NCBI GenBank assembly: GCA_965202985.1
Contig: CBDBCF010000002.1
Location: 416,001 to 480,000 of the forward strand
DNA length: 64,000 bases
Direction: 5' to 3'
Origin: Longimicrobiales bacterium
GTDB lineage: Bacteria > Gemmatimonadota > Gemmatimonadetes > Longimicrobiales > Gaopeijiaceae
Shown: positions 1 to 9,677 of the stretch, piece by piece
How positions within the stretch are numbered: the first letter of the stretch is position 1
How the letters are laid out: each line of letters starts with the position of its first letter
The notes under the pieces: generated by a model
Databases searched by the model: none
Told to the model about the DNA's origin: nothing
What the model saw: the letters and a program-made list of their open reading frames with translations, nothing else
Program-made: the position numbers and the translations under genes

Positions 1-58
1 CTGTGAGATCGAGCCCGCGTCGGCAGGGCGCGGTTGCGGTTGCCCCCTGCGTCCGCCG

Positions 59-1348
59 ATGAAGCACTGGGTCGGGAACGCCCTTAGGGGCGCGTGCATG
101 GGGTTGTCGGACGCGGTCCCGGGGGTCTCCGGGGGCACGATGGCCCTGGTCCTGGGTATCTATGCTCGGTTGGTGGACGCCGTGAGCGGGCTGAGTCCCG
201 CGCTGCTGCGGAGCTGCGCCGGGCGCGCGTTCTGGCGGCGCGTGGGCCAAGGCCTTCGCGACCCGGGCGGGTTGCCGGCACCGGGCGCGCCAGCTGGCGA
301 CGATCGGTCGGGGACCGACGCCGGACACGTGCTGCTGCTGGGGTCGGTGGCGGCAGGGCTGTTGCCGGCGCTGGTGATCGGGAGCGCGACGCTGCCTACG
401 CTGTTGAGCCGATACCCGGCCCCGATGCGCGGGCTGTTCCTGGGGCTCGTGCTGGCGTCGGTGACGATCCCGGTGCGGCAGGTGGGCCGGTGGCGTCCGG
501 CGCTGTGGGTCTTGGCGGGCGCGGCGGCGCTGACCACCGCGTGGTTCGTGGGCCTGCCCGAGCGAACGACCGGTCGAGCTCGGGGCGAGGTGGTTCTGCA
601 CCTTGTCCAACCGACGGCGACGGACGTGGTGCTGACGCCGCGCAACTTGGCGCTGGTCGCCGGCGCCGGCGGATCGGAGGACGTCGTCTACGCGCCAGCG
701 GCTTCGTTGACGGTTCCGGCAGGGGTCGCGGAGGTCCGCGTGGAAGTGGTGGCCGGGATGGCCGGGACGGCCGGGAACGCGCCGGCGGGCGTCGTCGAGA
801 GCGTGGCGCGCAGCCCCGTGCCGACCGCGTCCGCGTCGCAGCCCCGGGCTTTGTCCGGCGGGCGCGACCCCAGCTTGGCGTTCGTGTTCGCGGCAGGGGT
901 CCTGGCGATCTCGGCGATGACGCTGCCGGGCGTGTCGGGCGCGTTCGTGCTCCTGCTCTTCGGCCTGTACCACTTCGTGACGCACGCCCTGAAGTCCACG
1001 CTCTCGCGGGGCGACCCCGAGTCGGCGCTGGTGGTGGCCACGATGGTGGCGGCTATGGGGGTGGGGCTGCTGACGTTCGCCCGCGTGCTGCGGTGGCTGT
1101 TCGCCCGGTGGCGAGCGGGAACCCTTGCGATCCTGGCGGGCCTCATGGCGGGCTCGCTGCGCAAGCTTTGGCCGTTCGTGGAGCACGCGCCCGATGGCCG
1201 CGAACTCTTGGCGTGGCCGGCTGCGGGCGATCCCGGCGTGGCCGCCACGGCCGTCCTGTTCCTGGCGGGCGCAACCGCCGTGCTGGCGATGGAGGCGACG
1301 GGCCGGAAGCGCCGAGCCGACCACGCCCCGCAGGACGTCCCGCCCTGA
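59..1348 (+). CDS. DUF368 family membrane protein (putative undecaprenyl-phosphate translocase) with an inserted soluble domain
   Basis: Duplicated DUF368 signature motifs MGLSDAVPGVSGGTMAL and AISAMTLPGVSGAFVLLLFG, multiple TM segments, GLMAGSLRKLWP; about 100-aa non-membrane insert at nt ~560-874. Confidence 0.88.
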   Translation: MKHWVGNALRGACMGLSDAVPGVSGGTMALVLGIYARLVDAVSGLSPALLRSCAGRAFWRRVGQGLRDPGGLPAPGAPAGDDRSGTDAGHVLLLGSVAAGLLPALVIGSATLPTLLSRYPAPMRGLFLGLVLASVTIPVRQVGRWRPALWVLAGAAALTTAWFVGLPERTTGRARGEVVLHLVQPTATDVVLTPRNLALVAGAGGSEDVVYAPAASLTVPAGVAEVRVEVVAGMAGTAGNAPAGVVESVARSPVPTASASQPRALSGGRDPSLAFVFAAGVLAISAMTLPGVSGAFVLLLFGLYHFVTHALKSTLSRGDPESALVVATMVAAMGVGLLTFARVLRWLFARWRAGTLAILAGLMAGSLRKLWPFVEHAPDGRELLAWPAAGDPGVAATAVLFLAGATAVLAMEATGRKRRADHAPQDVPP

Positions 1349-1352
1349 CCAG

Positions 1353-1426
<74 letters not shown>

Positions 1427-1472
1427 GATGTTCGTCGAATGGTCCCAACGATGGCCTGTCCATGCCCCAGCT

Positions 1473-2171
1473 TCAAGGGCTGGGCAAGGAGAACAGCCTT
1501 CTGACCCATGCCACGAGATTGTCTGCTTGCGGCACGCCGGAGTCGAGGTACTGCTTCTTGATCGCGAGGCCCATCGGCGTCCCGGGATCTCTTTGCCAAG
1601 CCAGCCAAGTATGGAGTTCGGCCTTGGACCGCTTCTCATTCTTGAACCTTGCTGGGGACGGAATCGAACCCACGCTCGATTTGACGTGCTCGTACAGCTT
1701 GTGCGAGTCGCCTTTCTTCGGCACCAAGAACTTCAGGAAATCCTCGATTTCTCCTTCCGATCGGTTGTCCGGCATCATCCAGACGCCGACGCGCGGCAGG
1801 AGCGTCCCGTCCGGCGGCGAAACGATCGTGCCTTCCTTGCAGGGCCTCTCGGGAAGGACGTACGAATCGACCCCGCGAATCCGATCAACGATCTCCTTCC
1901 ACCTCTTGCCAGTGTCGGCGTTGGCGTCGACCACGACGCCGATCACGACATCCTTTCCATTGGCATCGCGAATCATCGTTGGCAGCACCTGCTTGAGAAG
2001 TTCGGAGATGCCGCCTGCCTGCTTGATGGTGATGTCGAATTCTTGTTCATCCGAATCACGCTGGCTCGGGTCGTTCGGGTCGTGAACACGGACACAGTGC
2101 CGGTCGAGCAGGTGCATGAGCACGTGCAGGTCGCTCGTGCCCTCGACCAGCAAGGTGCCTCCGCTGGCCAT
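1473..2171 (-). CDS. DUF3226 family (Toprim-like) protein
   Basis: LLVEGTSD, IGVVVDAN, VGVWMMPDN..GEIEDFL, KAELHTWLAWQ.DPG.PMG motifs; 5 nt downstream of an ABC-type ATPase; visibly lower GC than flanks. Confidence 0.8.
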   Translation of the reverse strand: MASGGTLLVEGTSDLHVLMHLLDRHCVRVHDPNDPSQRDSDEQEFDITIKQAGGISELLKQVLPTMIRDANGKDVVIGVVVDANADTGKRWKEIVDRIRGVDSYVLPERPCKEGTIVSPPDGTLLPRVGVWMMPDNRSEGEIEDFLKFLVPKKGDSHKLYEHVKSSVGSIPSPARFKNEKRSKAELHTWLAWQRDPGTPMGLAIKKQYLDSGVPQADNLVAWVRRLFSLPSP

Positions 2172-2176
2172 GGCAG

Positions 2177-3268
2177 TCAGCGCAGCTCGATGTCGTGGCG
2201 CGTAGCGGCCGCCAAGTCGTCGTACTGGAAGACCGTCGGAATCACGCGCCCTTCGTAACGCGACAGCCGCACCAGCGTCCCGTCGTCTTGCTCCTCCGAG
2301 ATCGCCTGCCGAAACGCCCTAACCGCGTCCCAGCTGTGAGTCGTTGCGAATACCTGCACGTCCAAGTCTCGCGACAGCTGCATCAGGACCTTCCAGATGT
2401 CCCTTTGCACGGTGTGGTGAAGTCCGTTGTCGACCTCGTCGATCAGGAACAGGCCATCCCGTGCGTTGATTAGACCGAGGGCCACGGCAAAGGTGCGGTT
2501 CATCCCCTCGCCCAGGGACCGCAACGGCACGGGTCGAGAAACGCCCTCGACACGAGCGATTGGCGTTCTTGACTCAGCCGAACCGCTGCCACCGGCCATC
2601 GCCACCGCGCGAACGCGCGAGTCGACCATACGCAAGGCTTTCACGACATGCTGCTCGTACTCGGTCAGAACAACATTGTCCCAAAGCGAGCCAACCCCTC
2701 CCGGGAGGCACGGACCGACCGAGATGCAGTTCAGCGTGCCTTGGCCACGAAGCCACGTCTCGCGAACTGTGCTGGGAGATCGAACGTACTCGGCGATCTT
2801 CGCCAAGGGCAGAAACTGGTGATTGGAAACTAGCCCTTCCTCGTGTCGGTCGGGAAAGTCCACGAAGAGGGCCGAGACACCCTTCATCGTTGCGACGTTC
2901 AGATTATCATAGGTGCCGTCGTAGTCGAAGTAGCCCGCACGAACTCGCAAGAAGTCGCCCGGCCTTCGGCCTACCGCGGAGATTTGGATTTCGGCCGGGT
3001 GATCAAGCCTTGGGAATCCGTGAAACAACGACGAGATGCCGAGGAAATCCGGCGAACGGCCTGGGACGTCCTTGTCTTCGTCCCGAGACGCGACGATGTC
3101 GCATACGATGTCGGGGGCGGCGTTGAAGGCGTAAAGCCGCAACGCCTCCAAGAGCGACGACTTCCCGGTGTTGTTCTTGCCCGCAATCAGCGTTGCCCGA
3201 CGGAGCGGCGTGACCGACAGCTCTTCCAGGGCGCGGTATCCGCTGATCGTGAAGCTGGATATGTGCAG
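2177..3268 (-). CDS. ABC-type ATPase of the AAA_15/AAA_21 (AbiEii/OLD-like) class
   Basis: Walker A GKNNTGKSS, signature SLGEG, Walker B LIDEVDNGLH, H-loop FATTHS. Start uncertain: ORF is open to 3415; CTG at 3268 has GGAG upstream and lies downstream of the predicted promoter. Confidence 0.85.
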   Translation of the reverse strand: MHISSFTISGYRALEELSVTPLRRATLIAGKNNTGKSSLLEALRLYAFNAAPDIVCDIVASRDEDKDVPGRSPDFLGISSLFHGFPRLDHPAEIQISAVGRRPGDFLRVRAGYFDYDGTYDNLNVATMKGVSALFVDFPDRHEEGLVSNHQFLPLAKIAEYVRSPSTVRETWLRGQGTLNCISVGPCLPGGVGSLWDNVVLTEYEQHVVKALRMVDSRVRAVAMAGGSGSAESRTPIARVEGVSRPVPLRSLGEGMNRTFAVALGLINARDGLFLIDEVDNGLHHTVQRDIWKVLMQLSRDLDVQVFATTHSWDAVRAFRQAISEEQDDGTLVRLSRYEGRVIPTVFQYDDLAAATRHDIELR

Positions 3269-3299
3269 TTCCGACTCCGTGGATGCGGGGATCACCGGT

Positions 3300-3328
3300 A
3301 AGCTACTTCTTGGGGAGGCGGGGAGCAA
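3300..3328 (-). promoter_or_regulatory. Sigma70-type promoter for the ATPase-DUF3226(-tRNA) unit
   Basis: Minus strand TTGCTC-N17-TAGCTT; the same -10 hexamer and 17-nt spacing occur upstream of kdsB. Confidence 0.5.
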
Positions 3329-3487
3329 CGAAGGCCGAACCGTGCGATTCGCGGAAGTGGTGGACGCGCCTCTTGCGGGGGGCGACCAGCCGACCGCAGC
3401 GATGAAGCCGCCCACGGGGCTTGCTCGTACTGTCGGCAGGCGGCAGATTCAGGGCGGCAGATTCGGGGCAACGCGGAAAGGGTGGAG

Positions 3488-4111
3488 ATGAGCGACAGCG
3501 AGCACGGCCGGGGGCGGCGCGGGGGAGCGATGCCGGTCAACGTGACGGTGAACCTGCCGGCGGGGGCGCAGGTCGCTGCGGCCGATCCCGACGAGCAGCC
3601 TTATTCGGCCGGGCTGAGCTACGGGCTGTGGTGCGCGGGCTTGGTCGGGGCGTGCGGCATTCACCGCTTCTACGTGGGGAAGGTCGGGACCGGCGTCCTG
3701 TATCTGCTGACCTTCGGGCTGGCGGGGATCGGCCAGCTCGTGGACCTCTTCAGGATGAAGTCGCTGGTGCGCGACGCCAACATTCGCGAGGGTCGCATCC
3801 CTCATCCCCTGCAGGCGGCCCGCGCCGCAAGGATCGGCAAGGCCGGCGCCAAGCAGGATTCGCCGACGACGTTGCCGCAACGGCTGCTCCAAGCCGCCAT
3901 GGAAAACGGCGGCGAACTCACGGTGACCCAGGGCGTAATGGCCACGGGGCTCACCTTCGAAGAGATCGAGAAGACCTTGGGCGCCATGGCCGACAAGGGG
4001 TACGTGGACGTGGACAACGCGCCGGGGTCGGGCGTCGTCGTGTACCGTTTTCCCGAGCTTGCGGGCCGGCGCGCGCTGAACCGTCCCGCCGGGCGGATCG
4101 GCGGCGAATGA
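3488..4111 (+). CDS. TM2 (NINE) domain protein with a C-terminal winged-helix-like region
   Basis: GIHRFYVGKVGTGVLYLLTFGLAGIGQLVDL TM2 motif; C-terminal GGELTVTQGVMATG...VVVYRFPEL. Confidence 0.8.
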   Translation: MSDSEHGRGRRGGAMPVNVTVNLPAGAQVAAADPDEQPYSAGLSYGLWCAGLVGACGIHRFYVGKVGTGVLYLLTFGLAGIGQLVDLFRMKSLVRDANIREGRIPHPLQAARAARIGKAGAKQDSPTTLPQRLLQAAMENGGELTVTQGVMATGLTFEEIEKTLGAMADKGYVDVDNAPGSGVVVYRFPELAGRRALNRPAGRIGGE

Positions 4112-4145
4112 CCCGCAGCGGGCAGACCATCAAGGAGCACACCGC

Positions 4146-6059
4146 ATGTTGACATCTCCTCTCCTCGCGGCGGTCGCCGCGCTCCAAGCGGCGCCGGCCC
4201 AGCAGGTCGTCCCCGCGCGCGTTGATCTGGAACCGGCTCGGATCGCCCTCGAAGCGGGCGAATCGGCCGTAGTCGAGGCCGCGGTCTTCGGGGTCGGGGG
4301 CTCGGTCTTGGACGGCATAGCCGTGACGTGGCTCGCGCTGGCGCCCGAGGTCGCCCAGGTGGACCAGAGCGGGCGGGTGACCGCCGTGTCGCCGGGAGAG
4401 GCCCGAGTGGCGGCTCGCGCCGGCAACGCCATGGGGTTCGCCACGGTCGTGGTCCGCGCGCTTCCGGTCGCCGACGTGTCCGCGACCCTGCCTTCGGCGA
4501 CGCTGGTGGCGGGAACGAGCGCGCCTCTCCAGGTGCACGCGACGGACGACGCGGGAGAAGCCGTTCGCGCGCCGAGCTTGGCCTTCGCGTCCAGCGACCC
4601 CGGAGTGGCCCAGGTGGACGCGACGGGTCGCGTGTTCGCGCGGACGCCGGGCCGGGCGGAGATCGCCGTGGACGCCGGCGGGGCGCGAAGCGTCGTGCAG
4701 GTCGAGGTGCGGGACGGGTTGCTGGACGGCCTCCGGGTCGTTCCCGAGGGGGCGGAGGTCCGCACGGGAGACGTGGTTCGCTTCGAGGCCAAGGTGCAGG
4801 ACGCGGCTGGGACGGCCTTGCATCCGGCGTGGAGCGTGGACGGGGCCGGGGCGCAAATCGAGTCCGACGGCGGGCAGGGCGTCTTCGTGGCGGAGGCGCC
4901 GGGCACCTACCGCGTCACGGCGCTTGTGGGCGAAGGACTGGCGGCCAGCGCGCTGGTGGCCGTGTCGGCGCGCATCGACGAGGCCGAGCTGGTCAAGGTG
5001 GGCCGCGGAGCCGCCGCCGACCATCATTCGGGCGACACGTGGGTGTTCGAGGGCGTGGACGGCCGGGACTACGCCTACGTGGGCACGTTCATGTACGACT
5101 GGATGAAGGCGTGGGACGTGACCGACCCGGCGTCGCCCGTCCTGACCGATTCCGTGCAGCTGGACGCCCGTCGGATCAACGACGTGAAGATCCACGCCGG
5201 CAACCGGATCGGCATCCTGACCCGCGAAGGCGCCTCGGACCGTCGGAACGGCATCGTGATCCTGGACTTGGCGGACCCGGCCCACCCGACCGTGATCTCC
5301 GAGTACAAGCGGACCGTGCCCGGCGGCGTGCACAACGTCTGGATCGAGGGCGACCTGGTCTACGCCGTCCACAACGGCACCAGCGACATCCACATCATCG
5401 ACATCTCGGATCCCGCCGCGCCGGACGAGGTGGGCCGCTGGGGGATGCCCGAATCGCCCACCAAGTCGCTCCACGACGTGATCGTCCAAGACGGCTACGC
5501 CTATCTGTCGTACTGGGACGACGGCGCCGTCATGCTGGACGTGGGGGCGGGCACGCACGGCGGCACCCCCACCGCGCCCGCGTTCGTGTCGCGCTATAAG
5601 TATCCCGCCGGGAACACGCACACCGCTTGGCGAGCGGGCCGCTACCTGTTCGTGGGCGACGAGATCTTTCCCCAGCAGTGGGACGCGGACGCCCCGATCG
5701 AGGCTCGAGGGTACGTCCACGTGCTGGACATGGCCGACCCCGAGAACCCGGTGGAAGTGGCGCGCTACGAGGTGCCCGAGGCCGGCGCCCACAACATCTG
5801 GGTCGAGGGCGACCGCCTGTACGTGGGCTACTACCAGGCCGGACTGCGGGTAGTGGACATCTCCGGCGAGCTGCGGGGCGATCTCTACCGACAGGGCCGC
5901 GAGATCGCCGTGCTCAAGACCACCGACGCCGAGTCCACGGTGCCCAACTGGGGGATGACCTGGGGCGCCCAGATCCACAAGGGACACGTCTTCACGTCGG
6001 ACCTGAACTCGGGCTTGTGGGTGGTCAAGCTGGTGGAGGGCCGGCGGATCGTTTCCTGA
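4146..6059 (+). CDS. Secreted Ig-like (Big_2) + LVIVD-repeat protein
   Basis: Signal peptide; repeats VAQVDQSGRVTAVSPGEARV / VAQVDATGRVFARTPGRAEI; repeated IVILD/IHIID/LRVVD..DP..P units. Confidence 0.82.
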   Translation: MLTSPLLAAVAALQAAPAQQVVPARVDLEPARIALEAGESAVVEAAVFGVGGSVLDGIAVTWLALAPEVAQVDQSGRVTAVSPGEARVAARAGNAMGFATVVVRALPVADVSATLPSATLVAGTSAPLQVHATDDAGEAVRAPSLAFASSDPGVAQVDATGRVFARTPGRAEIAVDAGGARSVVQVEVRDGLLDGLRVVPEGAEVRTGDVVRFEAKVQDAAGTALHPAWSVDGAGAQIESDGGQGVFVAEAPGTYRVTALVGEGLAASALVAVSARIDEAELVKVGRGAAADHHSGDTWVFEGVDGRDYAYVGTFMYDWMKAWDVTDPASPVLTDSVQLDARRINDVKIHAGNRIGILTREGASDRRNGIVILDLADPAHPTVISEYKRTVPGGVHNVWIEGDLVYAVHNGTSDIHIIDISDPAAPDEVGRWGMPESPTKSLHDVIVQDGYAYLSYWDDGAVMLDVGAGTHGGTPTAPAFVSRYKYPAGNTHTAWRAGRYLFVGDEIFPQQWDADAPIEARGYVHVLDMADPENPVEVARYEVPEAGAHNIWVEGDRLYVGYYQAGLRVVDISGELRGDLYRQGREIAVLKTTDAESTVPNWGMTWGAQIHKGHVFTSDLNSGLWVVKLVEGRRIVS

Positions 6060-7144
6060 CCGGCGAGGCGGGCGGAAGCGCTCGGTTCGACTTTGCCGGA
6101 GCGCGGCGCCGGATTCGGCCGTTGGCATGGAAGACGCCGGTCGTGCCGCTCGCGACGGAAGCAACGCCGGGCGAAGCCGTCTTCCTCAAGTTGGAATCCC
6201 TTCAGCGCTCGGGGTCGTTCAAGATGCGCGGGGCCGCGAACCGGCTGACCAAGTTGCTGACCGATTCCGGTCGGCCGTCGGCGGGAGCGGCACGGGTCAA
6301 CGGTGCGGGGCAGGTTACCGGCTCCGGCTCGGAGGCGTCGAGCGGTGCGCCTGGGGGCGTCGTGGCGGTGTCGTCGGGGAACCACGGTCGGGCCGTGGCG
6401 GAAGCCGGACGGCGGCTGGGGGTGCCGGTCACGGTGTGCGTTCCCGAGTGGACCGACCCGTCCAAGCTGCGGGCCATACGGGGCGCAGGCGCGCGGGCTG
6501 TGGTGGCGGGGCCGTCGTACGACCATGCCGAGCGGGAAGCGGCCCGCCTGGAGGCCGAAGAAGGGCTGACGATGGTGCACCCCTTTGACGAGCCGGACGT
6601 GATCGAAGGGCAGGGGACGCTGGGTTTGGAGATTGCGGAGCAGGTTCCCGGCGTGCAAGAGGTGATCGTGCCGCTGTCGGGCGGGGGACTGGTGGCGGGG
6701 GTGGCGTTGGCGTTGCGATCGCATGCGCCGGGCGTTCGCGTCGTCGCGGTTTCCGCCGAGCGGGCGGCGGTCATGCACCGGAGCTTGTTGGCGGGCCGGC
6801 CCGTCGAGGTCCCGGACGAAGAGACGCTTGCGTCGGCCTTGTCCGGCGGCATCGGGCTGGACAACCGGTTCACCTTCGAGATCGTGCGGAACGCGACCTC
6901 CGAACACGTAATCGTTTCGGAGGAGGCGGTGCGTGCCGCGGTCGCCCGCGCCTTTTGCGAACTGCGGCTGGTCGTGGAAGGGGGCGGGGCCGTGGGATTG
7001 GCGGCGCTGTGGTCGGGCGCCTATCGGCCTCGCGGCACGGCCGTGGTCGTCGTTTCGGGCGGCAACATCGACCCGCCCGCGCTGGCCCACGTCCTCGCTA
7101 TCGAAGCCGAGCCACCAGCACCCGGAGGGCGCCTGTCCCGCTGA
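6056..7144 (+). CDS. PLP-dependent threonine/serine dehydratase family, EutB-like
   Basis: LKLESLQRSGSFKMRGA (PLP lysine), SSGNHG, PLSGGGL, GGIGLDNRFTF, SGGNID; start uncertain (CTG overlapping the upstream stop). Confidence 0.8.
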   Translation: MTGEAGGSARFDFAGARRRIRPLAWKTPVVPLATEATPGEAVFLKLESLQRSGSFKMRGAANRLTKLLTDSGRPSAGAARVNGAGQVTGSGSEASSGAPGGVVAVSSGNHGRAVAEAGRRLGVPVTVCVPEWTDPSKLRAIRGAGARAVVAGPSYDHAEREAARLEAEEGLTMVHPFDEPDVIEGQGTLGLEIAEQVPGVQEVIVPLSGGGLVAGVALALRSHAPGVRVVAVSAERAAVMHRSLLAGRPVEVPDEETLASALSGGIGLDNRFTFEIVRNATSEHVIVSEEAVRAAVARAFCELRLVVEGGGAVGLAALWSGAYRPRGTAVVVVSGGNIDPPALAHVLAIEAEPPAPGGRLSR

Positions 7145-9668
7145 CCGTCACTTCGACTTCGATGCCGTGGCCAGAACCGTCGGACTCGAAGTCGAAGAAC
7201 GCAATCCCGGCGGGCGCAAGCTCCTGTTCGTGCACCGCGTTCTGGAACGCCGAGGGCGACGGGCCGGTCACGGGCCAGGGATAGAGGCCGTCGGGCCGTG
7301 CTGCGGAGCTGCGATGGTAGAGATCGTAGGTCGCGGACCGAAAGTCGTACGTTCGGAAGGCGCGGGGTGGTTGGGGCGCACCGGTTCCGCTGAACATCAT
7401 GGCGACGGCGTATTCTTCCAGCAGCACGGCCATGCGTGACCCGACGACCTGCTCGATCCCCCGCGTGCCTGCAGGCGTAAGCGAGTCGTTCAGCTCGGCG
7501 AAGATGCGGGCCTCGGCCTTCTCCGCCGCTCCTCCGTAGGCGTCGCCCAGGAACCGGTGGAAGTGCCAAGAGGTGCCGTAGTACAGGTGGTGGTCGCCGG
7601 GGTTGGTGGTCAACGAGTTCGGTCCGCCGGCGTAGGACCGCAACATCCGGTCCAAGCGCAACAGCACGCCGTAGTTTTCGGGCGAGGCGATGGAGCCGTC
7701 CCGCGGCGGATAGGAGTCGCGAGTGAACGTCGCTCCTACCGCCACGCCGCCCGTGGCCTCGATCGCCTTCCGCGACGAGATCTCGGCAGCGATCTCGGCC
7801 CCTCCTTCCTCGATCCACGAAGGATGGAAGCTGCCGCCCCACCACCGCTTGTACAGGGAACTCACGTGCTTGACCTCGTGCACCATGGTCGGCAGCGCCT
7901 GGTAGCCTCCGGCGGGCGCGCTCAGGGCCTGGAACATGCCGCTGTGGAAGTACACGAGCTCCATTTCGTTGGACCACGGGCAGTTGCTCCGGGTGGTCAT
8001 GTCCCCCGCCCACACGAACGCGGCACTCCCGTCTTCCACGGCGGGCGACACGACCACGTTCACCCGCCCGTTGTCGTCCACGTCCGACACGCCGCCGAAG
8101 TACTCCGCGATCGTCTCGGCCCCGTAGGCGTCGTAGTAGTCCAGCACTTGCTGAGTCGCGGCCGTCTCCACCGGTTCGCTCGCGCGTTGGACCGAGTCCT
8201 GGTAGATCGCCAAGTGGGCGTTGTAGCCCAGCAGCAAGGCGGGTTCCGGTTCCGGGGCGGGGTACTGGCACGCTTCGCTGGCGCGCTGGGTGTCGTACGG
8301 GCGAATCGAGATGCGGCCCGGCGGGGCGGTCTGCTGTGCCAGGGTGCCGCTGGGGCGTGTGCGGTGCCCGCCAAGGTCGGGCAGCAGGGCGTCCTTTCCA
8401 AGGCGCTGGTAGAGTTCCCGGGTTTGGGCGAGCAGCCGTCCGTGAAGGCGGGAAGTTGCGTCGGCGCGCTCGGCGGCTTCGGCCAAGCCCGGCGGAAGTT
8501 GAACCGCGACCCTCTGCGACTCGCCCGCGGCCGTCGGTCGGAGCGACGAGCGCCCCCCGGCCCGGGCGTCCGCACCGGCGTCGGGCGCCTCGTCGCCGTG
8601 CTCGCGAACGGTCACCACGACCGGGACGAAGGTCAGGTTCGTGGAGAAACCGGAGCGGACCACCGCCACCCGGTAGAGGCTTCCGGCGTCGTCGGCCGGC
8701 AAGAAGGGGGGACAGCCGTCGGCGCCGACCGGACCGTCCGATGCCGTGGCGCCCGGTTCCATGCGCAGCGCCGGGCCGCACACGAGCAGGTGGACTTCCC
8801 GGCTCGACCGGGCGCCCGCCGAGTCGCGAGCGCTGACGGTGAAGGCGGTCGCGCCCTCCTCGACGGCTTCGCCCGACACGACCCCGTGCGCCTCCAGGAC
8901 CAGTCCGCGGGGAAGGGAACCACCGGACACGGACCACTCCACCGGTCCCTGGGCGTGCCTCGCCTCCAGCGTTTCGCGGTACGGCACGTCGACCCGGGCG
9001 CGGGGAAGCCGGGAGGTGGCGACCACAAGCTCGGCCGTGGCGGTGGCGACGAACTCTGCTTGGAGGTCACCGGAGGCCGCGTGGAGCCGGTTGACGCCCG
9101 GTGCTTCTCCCAGCGTCCAGCGCGTGAAGGCCTCGCCTTCGGAGTTGGTGCGGGCCTGCTCAGCCGAAACCGTGCCGCCGCCGGCCGCGACGCGGAACGT
9201 CACCGGGGCGTTTGGTACCGGCGCGCCGCTTGCGTCTGCGACCCGAACCCTGGGGTCTTCGGGAAGGACCGACAGGACCGCGGCGGACAGAGAGTCGCCG
9301 GCCACCTTTCGCATGTCGGCGGGGCGAAGCACGACGGCCAGGGAGGCCGTGCCCGACACCGCTTGGTGCGTCGCCCGGATCACGGCCGTCCCCGGGCCGG
9401 CGACGGTCGCCAGCCCCGTTGGCGACACGGTGGCAACCTCCGGCCTGGCCGACGACCACGCGACCTCCGCGCCTAGGATCGTCGCGCCCTGGGGGTCCTG
9501 CACATGAGCGGAGAACTGCACCGTGGTCCCGACGGTCTCGGCGGTGGCGCTGGCGGGCGTCACGACCACTCGCGACGGGACGGGCGGGGCCGCGTCGCCG
9601 CAGGCGGTCACGGCCAGCGCAACGGTTGCGGCGGCCCAGCCTAGGGAGCGGGGACCGGTTCGGGTCAT
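7098..9668 (-). CDS. Lipoprotein with tandem Ig-like domains and a C-terminal zinc metallopeptidase domain
   Basis: Lipobox AVTAC; Big_2/Big_1/putative-Ig repeats (WSSARPEVATV, GGSLPRGLVL); HEVKH followed by WIEEGGAE (gluzincin-type). Confidence 0.75.
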   Translation of the reverse strand: MTRTGPRSLGWAAATVALAVTACGDAAPPVPSRVVVTPASATAETVGTTVQFSAHVQDPQGATILGAEVAWSSARPEVATVSPTGLATVAGPGTAVIRATHQAVSGTASLAVVLRPADMRKVAGDSLSAAVLSVLPEDPRVRVADASGAPVPNAPVTFRVAAGGGTVSAEQARTNSEGEAFTRWTLGEAPGVNRLHAASGDLQAEFVATATAELVVATSRLPRARVDVPYRETLEARHAQGPVEWSVSGGSLPRGLVLEAHGVVSGEAVEEGATAFTVSARDSAGARSSREVHLLVCGPALRMEPGATASDGPVGADGCPPFLPADDAGSLYRVAVVRSGFSTNLTFVPVVVTVREHGDEAPDAGADARAGGRSSLRPTAAGESQRVAVQLPPGLAEAAERADATSRLHGRLLAQTRELYQRLGKDALLPDLGGHRTRPSGTLAQQTAPPGRISIRPYDTQRASEACQYPAPEPEPALLLGYNAHLAIYQDSVQRASEPVETAATQQVLDYYDAYGAETIAEYFGGVSDVDDNGRVNVVVSPAVEDGSAAFVWAGDMTTRSNCPWSNEMELVYFHSGMFQALSAPAGGYQALPTMVHEVKHVSSLYKRWWGGSFHPSWIEEGGAEIAAEISSRKAIEATGGVAVGATFTRDSYPPRDGSIASPENYGVLLRLDRMLRSYAGGPNSLTTNPGDHHLYYGTSWHFHRFLGDAYGGAAEKAEARIFAELNDSLTPAGTRGIEQVVGSRMAVLLEEYAVAMMFSGTGAPQPPRAFRTYDFRSATYDLYHRSSAARPDGLYPWPVTGPSPSAFQNAVHEQELAPAGIAFFDFESDGSGHGIEVEVTVSGTGALRVLVARLR

Positions 9669-9677
9669 GGAACGGCT

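Noticed and set aside
3951..6164. Many long antisense or alternate-frame ORFs (e.g. 3951-6164, 7557-9476, 44036-45982, 58086-60341)
   Set aside because: Shadow ORFs expected in very GC-rich DNA; Arg/Pro/Gly-rich with no motifs and overlapping well-supported genes
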